A stretch of 64,000 nt of DNA, from the IMG/VR virus record IMGVR_UViG_3300021960_000027, positions 32,001 to 96,000 of that record. One strand, 5' to 3'. Within the stretch, counting starts at the first letter, position 1. Every line of letters begins with the position of its first letter. Below are positions 9,401 to 17,557 of the stretch, in pieces. Made by a program: the position numbers and the translations under genes. The DNA is from a virus. The notes under the pieces are model-generated. The model was not told the DNA's origin and searched no databases. It saw only the letters and a program-made list of their open reading frames with translations.

Positions 9401-11315
9401 ATCGACCTTTACTCGCTCAAGCAACAAGTGGGGAATTGTTGGTGGCGCACTCAACATCTTTGACCAGATGTCTTGGACACCTATCCCCAGAGACTATGTG
9501 GTGCGACGAGGAATCCTTCGCATCCCGTCTACCCCAGCACAATTCTTTAAAATGGAATTCAGTTCGCTTAACCCAGAGCCATTTGAACCATTTTTGAAAA
9601 TCAATCGTCGTGTTAAAACAATGCCATCTTTGGGTACGGCACAGCCGGGAACGTCCGGGGTTGAGCAAACAGAACAGCAGAAAACTGCACTTGCTTTGTC
9701 AAGCCGTTCACGATTTTCTGACACCATTTTCCAGTCGTTTGGGCAATCATATTCTGGCGTTCGCCTGCCAACTGCTGGTTTTTCTTCAGACAGTCTTGAG
9801 GTTTCTGCTGATCTTCGTAGAAACGGGGGCTTCGCCTACAACATGGTTCAGTGGCAACCAAATCCGATTGCCATCACAAACCATCAGTCGGGGGTTCACT
9901 CATACAACGTCGACACTGTCCCTCACGAAAATAAGGTTGCATTTTTTGTAGCAATCAAGAGCATTAAGGCTTTGCGCTCGGACTACTCGGTTCCAGATAA
10001 CACATCCACCTACGAAGATTTGTATTGGGATACGCGATCAGTAGACGAATCACTGACTGACATGACTCACTATTCTAGTGGCTACTACTCAACTGGCAGT
10101 GATCCTGCACCACTGTTGTTGACTAACTCAGAGACTGTTCGTGGAAAAGTTTTTGAGTCACAACAGCCAGTTGTTGCAGTTCAATTCGCTACCCACCAAT
10201 CAGATTCTGTTCAAGTAATTGAAGACGACCTTTTTAAGAACCCTGAATTGTACGAATATGATTTTGACAACACGGACAGTTGGCACTCAGTTGGCAACGG
10301 GTTTGTCTATTACGACACCGATGCACGATGCGCTACTGTTGTTCGCGGTGGAAGTACGTCCTCTACAATTTTGAATGGGTCGTCGGATACGGTTGAAACC
10401 GGAAGCGTCACGATTGGCGGTATCCAGTCAAAACTCGTACCTGTTTCACCAAGCGGAATGCTTTCGGTGGCATGCCGAGTTGTTTGCCCTAAGTCGTTGC
10501 GCTCTCCGCTGTACATCCAAATTGTTGGCTCTGACTCTTCTACTGTTATTTCAGAAAAAGAGTTCACGCCAACCGCTAACTCAATTTGGGAAGAAACACA
10601 CCAGTACATTTTGGGTGCATATCCATCGCTAGACCAGTCGGTTCACGTTCGGGTTGTTCAAAAAGAGTCTTATCAAGACTCTTGGCAGGTGTTTGCCATT
10701 TCACTTTTTGACGATTCTTGTCTATGGGAGTTCAGCAACACCTCTGGCGACACTTGGGTTCCTGCCTATGGAATACGAAATAACCAGAACGGAATCATTC
10801 GATTCCCCACTCCCGGCGCATCGTTGACGTATCGATTTACGGCACACAGGAAGAACATCAACTTGTCGTATGTCAAAATTAAGCCGTGGTATCAGGGTCG
10901 TGTTTTAGGAAAGAAATCGTTCCCACAGCGTGGACCAAACATGAGCATTTACGATGACCAGTTGCCTATCACTAGCGACCCAGACTTTACGACATGGACA
11001 AATCCTGTTCCTCAATCTTGGTTCACTCGTTACGAGCGAATCTTCAACGTAGAAACAGAAACCCTCTTTGGTAATACCAGATACCTGTCGGCTTACCGTC
11101 GTGAAGCAGGCGAAACAGTATCTGTTGCGGATCAAAGCATTGTTGATTCATCTCAACTCATTCGCTCCCCACAAGAGAACGTTGGGGTCACAGATACTTC
11201 TGTCAGAACCGCACATTACACTCGCAATGCATCAGAGTCGATTACCACCTCTGATGAGTCGTCCTTCTACCTACACACGGATGGAATTGCGACTGACCCA
11301 GTTGAGCCGGTCTGA
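6456..11315 (+). CDS. Large baseplate wedge / tail structural protein
   Basis: Coupled to baseplate J (GTGA overlap); N-terminal DASYRSRV..GAT..GI and RIKPAGS wedge-like motifs; beta-rich remainder. Confidence 0.65.
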   Translation: MSDLIRYQTGNQASPTPVGFTEVTNPLHPAQRIASRLAHFPENYNLNAESHLSKLLKVLLGDSGVGSLHKRMMLTRLQSHLGSTHLFDLDAFYGSIFGAYRRSDEDILVDPMLEAQSPAQWDQTVIRDASYRSRVEQFAKAVNLGATKDGIEVAAEALLGVDVEVRESWIIDDLITNRWSSLDGINYSVLSENTYRQHESSAPLYSLSAIRTTGPIKNRHQIRIFPKRKLSLEERWDTARVLDRIKPAGSVVEIDDSGFDAYSDVRIASVVSDSEHWKIRTLISNSLIDGINLYDELSDSSGEYSEKPYTPWGEYQGEAWSYITNAPTAVAFTANSDFSDSERVDPSSSALTVQRSITASGTINFLPEYSLLPIQSLLSGRSVSEGVSASNPYSGLRNSSGSSTAPSVLIDGAKSSALSKVAPLKESINKLGARFWVTPDRDWWDTARDALEIRFANPEWVNYIDGYVSKFPSNFKVQAWDEIEGTWRTVLTRRIVDSNPSSVFSLPHEGESGEHSSYPEHWRRINIKISPVYTSHVRIVFSRFGEFVNGYPHITQITGTEYGVWKIEGSVHKVLVSMDENLSISALEDKYLSGGALVNPEAEKTRLKDFSRQICRPPKNRGGDNVAYSLAVKNVDIGFRLASLNDVPFSFTNLNAPVATVKNIAGQSVNHYIERYPAKNILSNAGTFWKCSPQISGNAIANLYLDVRDIDGNAQTVSAFDVDPITVGATVNIYYSNTEENIDFTNGVPDDSNIDPLFVHGNILPPLEGEPFTFPITDNAWIDVSNSGTQWNPTTQSWWSGVQFVAQADSTAFTDSTPWTAGTGYSSWLGEVGTAISSGSIIFRVNDVSASGSITFSEGDTVTFTTTCVVGSGSEISLTLRYSVNDGEATVVTSSGTSSLNLSPSFIRFGHSSNDDLLDAPFPATLNHFCLQYGTAPAEFLNTPSLWTRNVIGSDNFFDNDNPSSNILGSLIRLSGANVSDTSTFTRSSNKWGIVGGALNIFDQMSWTPIPRDYVVRRGILRIPSTPAQFFKMEFSSLNPEPFEPFLKINRRVKTMPSLGTAQPGTSGVEQTEQQKTALALSSRSRFSDTIFQSFGQSYSGVRLPTAGFSSDSLEVSADLRRNGGFAYNMVQWQPNPIAITNHQSGVHSYNVDTVPHENKVAFFVAIKSIKALRSDYSVPDNTSTYEDLYWDTRSVDESLTDMTHYSSGYYSTGSDPAPLLLTNSETVRGKVFESQQPVVAVQFATHQSDSVQVIEDDLFKNPELYEYDFDNTDSWHSVGNGFVYYDTDARCATVVRGGSTSSTILNGSSDTVETGSVTIGGIQSKLVPVSPSGMLSVACRVVCPKSLRSPLYIQIVGSDSSTVISEKEFTPTANSIWEETHQYILGAYPSLDQSVHVRVVQKESYQDSWQVFAISLFDDSCLWEFSNTSGDTWVPAYGIRNNQNGIIRFPTPGASLTYRFTAHRKNINLSYVKIKPWYQGRVLGKKSFPQRGPNMSIYDDQLPITSDPDFTTWTNPVPQSWFTRYERIFNVETETLFGNTRYLSAYRREAGETVSVADQSIVDSSQLIRSPQENVGVTDTSVRTAHYTRNASESITTSDESSFYLHTDGIATDPVEPV

Positions 11316-11350
11316 TAGACACAATCTTTCTAAATTGATACCATAACTTA

Positions 11351-12886
11351 ATGCCGCTTTACTTTTCTGATCGCGGTTTGTACCCATTTCAGGCCGACCA
11401 CATTGCTGTCGCCATGACACGCCCAAATAACTTGATGGCTTGGGATACAGGATTGGGTAAAACTCACGGGGCAATGGCTACTGCATCTTTTCTTATTGAA
11501 GATGGAGTTATTGACTATTTGCTGATGGTTGTTGAGCGCAACAAAATGAAGGAATGGGCAGAAGACTTTAGGGCATTTACTGATCTTGAAGTTGCTATTT
11601 ACGACGGGACACCTAAGCGAAGACAAAAACTCTTAGTCGAACTCCCTCAGGTTCTCATTGCGACGTATGAAACTGCTCGCCAAGACATGGTCAAGAAAGA
11701 CCCTGCGGATTCTCGCAAACTTTCACCCAACGTGTTGACTGATGCTTACTTAGGTAAGCGAATCATGGTCGCATACGACGAGATGGCAAAGTTGGGCAAC
11801 CGAAAGAGCCTTCTTCATCGGGCGCACTCACTTGCCATTAAGAACTGGAGGGAATCAGGAGAGTGCAGAGTCCTTGGATTGACGGCAACACCAATGGAAA
11901 GAAACCCTGTCAACTACTACAACCTTGGCAGAATCCTAACTCCAGACACGATTGGCACAGTAAGCCAATTCACAAAAGAACACGTTTTGGACTACGACAT
12001 GTTTGGCAACCCTAACAAGTTCTTCAATTTGCCTTCGCTGGCTAAGAAAATGGAGCCGGTCTTGCTTCGTAAAAGAAAGACTGACCCAGATGTCATTGAC
12101 CAGTTCCCCAAAATGGTTGAGCGATTTTCGTACATTGACATGGAGCCAGAGCAAAAGCGTTTTTACGATGAGGTAAAAGATTATTTGATTTATCAGGACG
12201 ACCCATTGCTAGACCAAGTTGGATTTACCGTGCTACGAATGATCGCAGGGCACCCAGCCTCGCTTCTCTCATCGGAAGGCGAACTCGCTAATCAGTTCGT
12301 CCAATCGGTGGGAGTCGAAGCAATCAAAGGAATGGGTTCGGCAAAAATCGATGCGCTAGTCGATCATTTAAATGAGGTTGTTGTTGGTCAGGGAGCGCAG
12401 GTTGTTGTTTTCTCTTACTATGTTTCTATTATCGAACTGATTGCAAAAACTTTGAAAAAAGAAGGAATCTCTTTCTCCGTCAACCACGGGCAGATGTCTT
12501 CAACAGCAAGAGAGCAGTCAAAGAGTGAATTTCGCAGTGGCGCAGTTAATGTGTTTCTTACCAGTAGTGCTGGCGAGCGAGGAATCAATCTTCCAGAGGC
12601 AACGTACGTTGTAAACTTTGATTTGCCGACTAAGCACACTTCTTACCTTCAGCGTCTCAATCGCATCAGTCGAATTGGTAACGTAAAAAGCGACATTGTT
12701 GTCGCCCATTCGTACATTGTTAGAGACAGCATTGAAGAAGGTATTGCCAAATTGTGGCTCGGCAGAAACTATCAAAGTGACATTTTGCTTGATGGCGACC
12801 ACGACGATTTAGAGGATGAATCATTTATCTCATCTTCTGACAGAAGGGCACTGCTTCGCACCGCCGAACTCCAAGGGAAGAAGTGA
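11351..12886 (+). CDS. SNF2-family helicase
   Basis: DTGLGKT Walker A, YDEMA, LTATPMERN, LRKRKTD, SAGERGINL, QRLNRISRIG. Confidence 0.85.
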   Translation: MPLYFSDRGLYPFQADHIAVAMTRPNNLMAWDTGLGKTHGAMATASFLIEDGVIDYLLMVVERNKMKEWAEDFRAFTDLEVAIYDGTPKRRQKLLVELPQVLIATYETARQDMVKKDPADSRKLSPNVLTDAYLGKRIMVAYDEMAKLGNRKSLLHRAHSLAIKNWRESGECRVLGLTATPMERNPVNYYNLGRILTPDTIGTVSQFTKEHVLDYDMFGNPNKFFNLPSLAKKMEPVLLRKRKTDPDVIDQFPKMVERFSYIDMEPEQKRFYDEVKDYLIYQDDPLLDQVGFTVLRMIAGHPASLLSSEGELANQFVQSVGVEAIKGMGSAKIDALVDHLNEVVVGQGAQVVVFSYYVSIIELIAKTLKKEGISFSVNHGQMSSTAREQSKSEFRSGAVNVFLTSSAGERGINLPEATYVVNFDLPTKHTSYLQRLNRISRIGNVKSDIVVAHSYIVRDSIEEGIAKLWLGRNYQSDILLDGDHDDLEDESFISSSDRRALLRTAELQGKK

Positions 12887-13212
12887 TGACAACCAACTTA
12901 ATCGAACAAGCAAGTGCTTCTATTAACCAACTGGTAAACAGGCACTCGCTGGGTGACGATATTTATTGGAGTCTTTCCCCAATGCTGGTTCCTACTCCAA
13001 ACGGACCGCAAGCCGTCTACGGGTTGATGATGCACATGCGATCCCCAGTGATTGGCAACACTCTCACAACGTTCTCCATCATTGAAAACCCGCTTGACCT
13101 GTTAAACGATGATGAATTGGAACGACACGTTCAGACCGTTTGTGAAGGACTGAAGGAAAGTCGTTCTGAAATGCTCTCTTCGACCAGCCCATTACAATCG
13201 GAGATGAAATGA
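12883..13212 (+). CDS. Hypothetical protein
   Basis: Overlaps the helicase stop; in operon. Confidence 0.6.
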   Translation: MMTTNLIEQASASINQLVNRHSLGDDIYWSLSPMLVPTPNGPQAVYGLMMHMRSPVIGNTLTTFSIIENPLDLLNDDELERHVQTVCEGLKESRSEMLSSTSPLQSEMK

Positions 13213-13571
13213 CACAACGAATCACGACGATGATGGCTGAAATTGTTTGCGAGGTTGCCCAAAGGGGAATCTTAAATAGCGATTCTTTTTCTTACGAAGT
13301 TGGAGTCGGTCCGATGCCAACGTTTGATGAGGAAGAGGGCATGCAGTACGACATGCAGGCGTGGACGATTCTTCGACTTGATGAAGAAGAATCAAATACC
13401 TGCTCAACTATCTGCCTCGCCACTCCACTAGAAATTCTTTCCGAAGAGAACTTTCGGTCTGCCATTGAGAAGGCAGTCGTTGAAATCGAATTCAGTCGAC
13501 TCGCCTCGTCAATTATGGACGAGGAAGAGTTGATGGAGGTTGAGTTAATTATCTACGAAGATGAGGACTGA
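13209..13571 (+). CDS. Hypothetical acidic protein
   Basis: ATGA overlap with previous gene; GGAG RBS. Confidence 0.6.
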   Translation: MTQRITTMMAEIVCEVAQRGILNSDSFSYEVGVGPMPTFDEEEGMQYDMQAWTILRLDEEESNTCSTICLATPLEILSEENFRSAIEKAVVEIEFSRLASSIMDEEELMEVELIIYEDED

Positions 13572-14134
13572 TTGCGAGCCTTCGCCTCGCGAGCCTTAGC
13601 CATCCGCTCAACCAGAATCGCACGCTGTTCTGGAGTAAGTTCACGCTTCTTCCGTGGGGCGGTGAACTTGACCTTGAGTTTCTTGAACTCTGCCTTAAGG
13701 CTGTCGTGGGCTTCTTTGCCCATGAAGTGACGGACAAGATCAAGTTCAACCTGACAAAACCTCCAGTTGTGCTTGTTGTGCAAGCCAGCCAAGTGGTGAG
13801 CAACTTCGTGGATGACGACAAACTCTTGCCTGCCCCAAATTCCTAGCGAGATAGTTTTAACTCCCCACTCGTCGCGTGCCATCCCACCGCTTTTACCCGC
13901 TACAACCCGAATGCTCTTGCCCCACCGGATAATGCCCGAAGAGTCGTACTTCCTCTGGACGTACTTTGATGTCAGGATTTTGTCGACCATCTTCTGGCAC
14001 TCTTCGATGGTCATCGGCTGAATCTCTCGGTTGCCTACTGAACCGTACGCCGTCTTCCGATATACGGACTGCTGAATGCCAGCGTTCCGCTCTGCCTTGT
14101 AAACCTTGCTTCTCTGGCTATCTCGCTGTGACAT
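13553..14134 (-). CDS. TIGR04338/Rv0185-like HEXXH metallohydrolase (SprT-like)
   Basis: N-terminal RDSQRSKVYKAE and VVIHEVAHHL..H...F; GGAGGG RBS and own promoter. Confidence 0.7.
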   Translation of the reverse strand: MSQRDSQRSKVYKAERNAGIQQSVYRKTAYGSVGNREIQPMTIEECQKMVDKILTSKYVQRKYDSSGIIRWGKSIRVVAGKSGGMARDEWGVKTISLGIWGRQEFVVIHEVAHHLAGLHNKHNWRFCQVELDLVRHFMGKEAHDSLKAEFKKLKVKFTAPRKKRELTPEQRAILVERMAKAREAKARNQSSSS

Positions 14135-14165
14135 CTTCCCTCCCGATGTGTTGGTTGATACAATG

Positions 14166-14194
14166 ATATTATCACATGGAAAAATCTGAGTCAA
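14166..14194 (-). promoter_or_regulatory. SigA/sigma70-type promoter for the HEXXH gene
   Basis: TTGACT-N17-TAATAT on minus strand. Confidence 0.6.
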
Positions 14195-14249
14195 ATTGTA
14201 GAATGCCGTTCGCTACCAATGATTGCTGGTACGCTGTGCTAAACAATAC

Positions 14250-14278
14250 TTGCACTGACTGTCAGGGAATGCTAAAGT
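14250..14278 (+). promoter_or_regulatory. SigA/sigma70-type promoter, divergent from the previous one
   Basis: TTGCAC-N17-TAAAGT upstream of AGGAGG RBS. Confidence 0.5.
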
Positions 14279-14299
14279 CGTCTCAGGAGGACAACCAAC

Positions 14300-14644
14300 A
14301 TGATGTACGATCCAAAGGCAATGCTCGTTTTGACCAAGCGATTGGTCGGGGAAATGAAGGGCAAGTTTTCTTCAACCCTTGACCCAGACTCAAGGCAGTA
14401 TCTCAAGGAGACGCTGGAGAATCTTTCTTCACTGAGTGGAGATCGTCAGTGCGTAAAGGTCGACCTAGAGTTCGTTACGTTCATCGACCAAGCAATGTGT
14501 CAGTGGATTGAAGAGCAGATCAGCGAGTTGTACGGCAACTACAGCGTGTCTTCAACCAAGATGCTCAACCATTTTCGTCAAGTGAAAAGCGATCTTGACG
14601 AGTCAGTCTTGGACTGGGCACGGACAGCAATTTTTACCGACTGA
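14300..14644 (+). CDS. Hypothetical protein
   Basis: Strong AGGAGG RBS; 114-aa ORF. Confidence 0.7.
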   Translation: MMYDPKAMLVLTKRLVGEMKGKFSSTLDPDSRQYLKETLENLSSLSGDRQCVKVDLEFVTFIDQAMCQWIEEQISELYGNYSVSSTKMLNHFRQVKSDLDESVLDWARTAIFTD

Positions 14645-14670
14645 GAATCAACTGGGGGAAAGGAGGAACA

Positions 14671-14889
14671 GTGGCAAAAAACAATCAGCCATCAATCAAA
14701 AAGGACGTACGGAAAGTCATTCGTCGTGCTGAGGAAAGTGGATGGGTTGTTGAGTACACCCGAAATGGTCACATTAAGTGGGTGGCTCCAGACGGAGTTA
14801 CGATATTGATTTGTCCGTCAACCGGCTCTAGTCGGTCATGGAAGAATCATCTTGCTCGCTTGCGTCGACACGGGATCACAGAAAAATAA
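14671..14889 (+). CDS. hicA: HicA-like (dsRBD-fold) mRNA interferase family protein
   Basis: 72 aa, basic; AEESGWVV..TRNGHIKW..PDG..PST..LRRHG pattern; AGGAGG RBS. Confidence 0.65.
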   Translation: MAKNNQPSIKKDVRKVIRRAEESGWVVEYTRNGHIKWVAPDGVTILICPSTGSSRSWKNHLARLRRHGITEK

Positions 14890-14933
14890 TCTGTGATTTG
14901 TATGGGAAGACATTCCGCGTGGTAATGTCGTCC

Positions 14934-15350
14934 CGTGGTTCTCAACCTCATTGGTACATCACCTTCACTCCGGTGGTCGGGGTTCGCCCGTTATAGCGAC
15001 GTACGGTCGTGGGAGGTCGTTACACCCCACCGAAAGGCTAGTCGTACCTATCAGCCATAACGAGTCGATCACCAGCGTCGGGTTCCAAGGCGTGCCCGTT
15101 CCCCGACACTGATACGAGAACCATGCTGAGTCGACATATACCGGCAACGGATGTAAAACACGGTCATCATTGACTGTGGGGTAAAGCAGGGAAACCTGTG
15201 TGACACATCTCTGGGCTGACGGGAACCCATGCGGAGTTCAGCCCCAGACCCTCTGAGCGCGAAACCAGCCAGAGAAAGATTTATCTTTCTTTGTCGCGTT
15301 CAGGGGGGTCTGGGCACCCCATCGGAGTTCAAGGGTAAGAGATACTGTCA
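14934..15350 (+). ncRNA. Candidate large structured non-coding RNA (class unknown)
   Basis: About 500 bp without a credible ORF; at least 10 nested helices found by eye with G-U pairs and GAAA/GCAA/UUCG tetraloops on + strand. Confidence 0.55.
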
Positions 15351-15404
15351 ATAAGATTCTTTCTACTTCTAAGAGATGTAAGTATTTAAGTCTTTGGAGT
15401 TCTG

Positions 15405-15782
15405 ATGCCTGTTGTTCGTAATTTGGTTCGTAGTGCGTCTGGTGAAACCTATTATCATGCTTCTTTGTATGAATTCCGTCAGGGTGAGATCGTGAAGCCT
15501 GCGTCTCAGGGGTTGAAGGCGAATTGGAACGAGACGAATCCTGAGTATGCGTATGCGATGAAGTCTCTTGATGATGCGTGGCGGTGGGCTGATAAGGGTC
15601 ATCAGAATCATGTGTATTACGATCATCAGGGCGAGTATTTGGCTTGTATGCATTGGCCGATGGTGTTTGAGGTGGTTGCGGTGAATCCTGCGGATGTTGT
15701 GGATGAGGATATGCCGTGGAGTGGTGTGATGTCGAAGTCTGGGTTTCGGGTAGTTCGCCAGATGCCTGATCCTGATTTGTGA
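15405..15782 (+). CDS. Arr-like (rifampin ADP-ribosyltransferase fold) protein
   Basis: YYHAS..F..GEIVKP..YAYA...A..WA..VFEV pattern of H-Y-type ARTs. Confidence 0.5.
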   Translation: MPVVRNLVRSASGETYYHASLYEFRQGEIVKPASQGLKANWNETNPEYAYAMKSLDDAWRWADKGHQNHVYYDHQGEYLACMHWPMVFEVVAVNPADVVDEDMPWSGVMSKSGFRVVRQMPDPDL

Positions 15783-15842
15783 TACTGTCTGCGTGGTAGT
15801 TTTAACTGGATAAGAGTTGTACCGCACAACCTTGAGGTCTTT

Positions 15843-17252
15843 ATGAAAACATTGTTTGATCTGATTCCTGAACCCAACGAAAGTCGTTCTGCTTCGCTCA
15901 AAACTGCGATTAGCGTTCCAAAAGATTTTCCTGTTCAGCCAGACCCAAACGGTAATGCGACTTGTGGTGTGTGTGGGTTGTCTTGGGATGACGATGTTGT
16001 GACATCGTTTACGCCCGTTCCCGCTGGTCGTTGTCCTTTTGAATATTTCCATGAAGATTGGGACGAAGAGGACGATGAGGACGATGAGTTTTCGTCTTAT
16101 GCTTCGCGCAAGACGGCGGGTGATTATTCTCATTGGAATGAAGAAGCAGATCGAATGCGGTATTTGGATGAGAAGGATTACGAGCCAGACCCGTATGACT
16201 CTTATGAATCTTCTGGCGGTTATGACCATTGGGACGAAGAGGACGAAGATGACATTGAGTCACTGAGTTCTCGCAAAGTTGCTGGCGATGCTCCCGTGTG
16301 TCAAATCTGTAGTGGCACGGGTGCAGGAGTACAATTTTCTATGTTTCCTCAGGTTGAGGGATATTCGTTTGGTGAGATTTGCGTTGATTGTGAAGAGCGG
16401 TTGGCGATTGAGCAGTCGGAACTTTCAGCGGATGACGATCTTTCTTTGATGTACGGTGCGTCACGCAAGACTGCTGGCGCAATGCTTCAGATTGTTTGGG
16501 AAAACGATAAGGGTGACCCAGAAGTCCACAGGGCTGGTTGCGGTAATCTTGCTAAGTACAAGAGGGGCGTTGACAATCCGACGGAGTATGCGTCACTGAA
16601 AGATGTGACGTTTGATATCTATCCTCCCGATGATTTTGGGTATGACGAGGGCGATTGGGAGATTTATGCTCCGAAGGTTCACAGTTGCGTGAAAGGATTG
16701 CCGAAGACTGCCGGTCTGCTTATCTACAAGATTGAGACACCTAAGGGTGTTCTTCCTTACGATTTTGAGACTGAGCAAGATGCCAAAGATTTTGCGATGG
16801 CAAGTTTGTCTTGGACAGGAACGAAGTATCGAATCATCAAGAAGCGCAGGGTCGCCGGTAGTAAAGTTTCTGCTTGGGATGCGCCTTCTGAAAATGACCA
16901 GTATGACGCACCGATGCATTCAAAGATGTATCCAGAGATTGTGATTTATGCTCCGGGCACAATGGCCGCGACAATTATTGTCCCCGATTATTACGCAGAT
17001 AAGTGGATTCCAAAAGAATTGCTTATTTCTCCAAGCGTTACTCGCGTGAAGGCTGGAGCGCATTTTGATGTCTATCCAATCAGTGTTGATGGATACGCTT
17101 TCTCTGAGGGTATGCCAATCGATATCCCTCTAGCGTTCATTCCCGGTTTGGCTGATGAGTGGAGCGGAAGTTCTCAGCAGTGGCATTTGGATGAAATGAA
17201 TCGTCTGTATGGCACTGATTACAAGTTTAAGACTGTTGCGAAGCGGAGGTAA
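15843..17252 (+). CDS. Modular acidic polyprotein-like protein with repeated SRKTAG-type linkers
   Basis: GAGG RBS; six unrelated segments (two with CxxC) separated by LKTA, ASRKTAG, SSRKVAG, ASRKTAG, PKTAG, RRVAG. Confidence 0.7.
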   Translation: MKTLFDLIPEPNESRSASLKTAISVPKDFPVQPDPNGNATCGVCGLSWDDDVVTSFTPVPAGRCPFEYFHEDWDEEDDEDDEFSSYASRKTAGDYSHWNEEADRMRYLDEKDYEPDPYDSYESSGGYDHWDEEDEDDIESLSSRKVAGDAPVCQICSGTGAGVQFSMFPQVEGYSFGEICVDCEERLAIEQSELSADDDLSLMYGASRKTAGAMLQIVWENDKGDPEVHRAGCGNLAKYKRGVDNPTEYASLKDVTFDIYPPDDFGYDEGDWEIYAPKVHSCVKGLPKTAGLLIYKIETPKGVLPYDFETEQDAKDFAMASLSWTGTKYRIIKKRRVAGSKVSAWDAPSENDQYDAPMHSKMYPEIVIYAPGTMAATIIVPDYYADKWIPKELLISPSVTRVKAGAHFDVYPISVDGYAFSEGMPIDIPLAFIPGLADEWSGSSQQWHLDEMNRLYGTDYKFKTVAKRR

Positions 17253-17255
17253 GCA

Positions 17256-17546
17256 GTGGCTAACTATGAGGTTTTGAAATCAAAGCATGCTTCGTTGTCT
17301 ACTACTAACGAGGATGTTGTGACGGTGCTTGGTTCGATTCGCACGATTACCGTGCTGAACCACGATGCGTCAAACCTTTTGTATTTCAATGTTGGTGCAG
17401 TTGATCCGGGTGCAGTTACTTCTGCCGCGGACAATTCTTACTGTGTTCCCGTGAGCGGTGAGGTGACTGTTAAGTTGTCTTCACACGGTGCGGTTGTCCG
17501 TCTTATTGGAAGCGGAAACGCTTACTCTGTTCAAGCAATTCAATAA
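17256..17546 (+). CDS. Hypothetical beta-rich protein (possible virion protein)
   Basis: GGAGG RBS; 96-aa ORF. Confidence 0.65.
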   Translation: MANYEVLKSKHASLSTTNEDVVTVLGSIRTITVLNHDASNLLYFNVGAVDPGAVTSAADNSYCVPVSGEVTVKLSSHGAVVRLIGSGNAYSVQAIQ

Positions 17547-17557
17547 AGGAATACCTA

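Noticed and set aside
14934-15350. Structured region as tRNA, tmRNA, RNase P, group I/II intron or retron
   Set aside because: No cloverleaf or T-loop/CCA, no GAGGAAAGUCC, no convincing P7 or domain V, no interrupted gene and no RT; a covariance search is still needed
15369-16229. 286-aa minus-strand ORF
   Set aside because: Shadow of two + strand genes caused by G/T bias; Ile/Arg/His-rich implausible sequence
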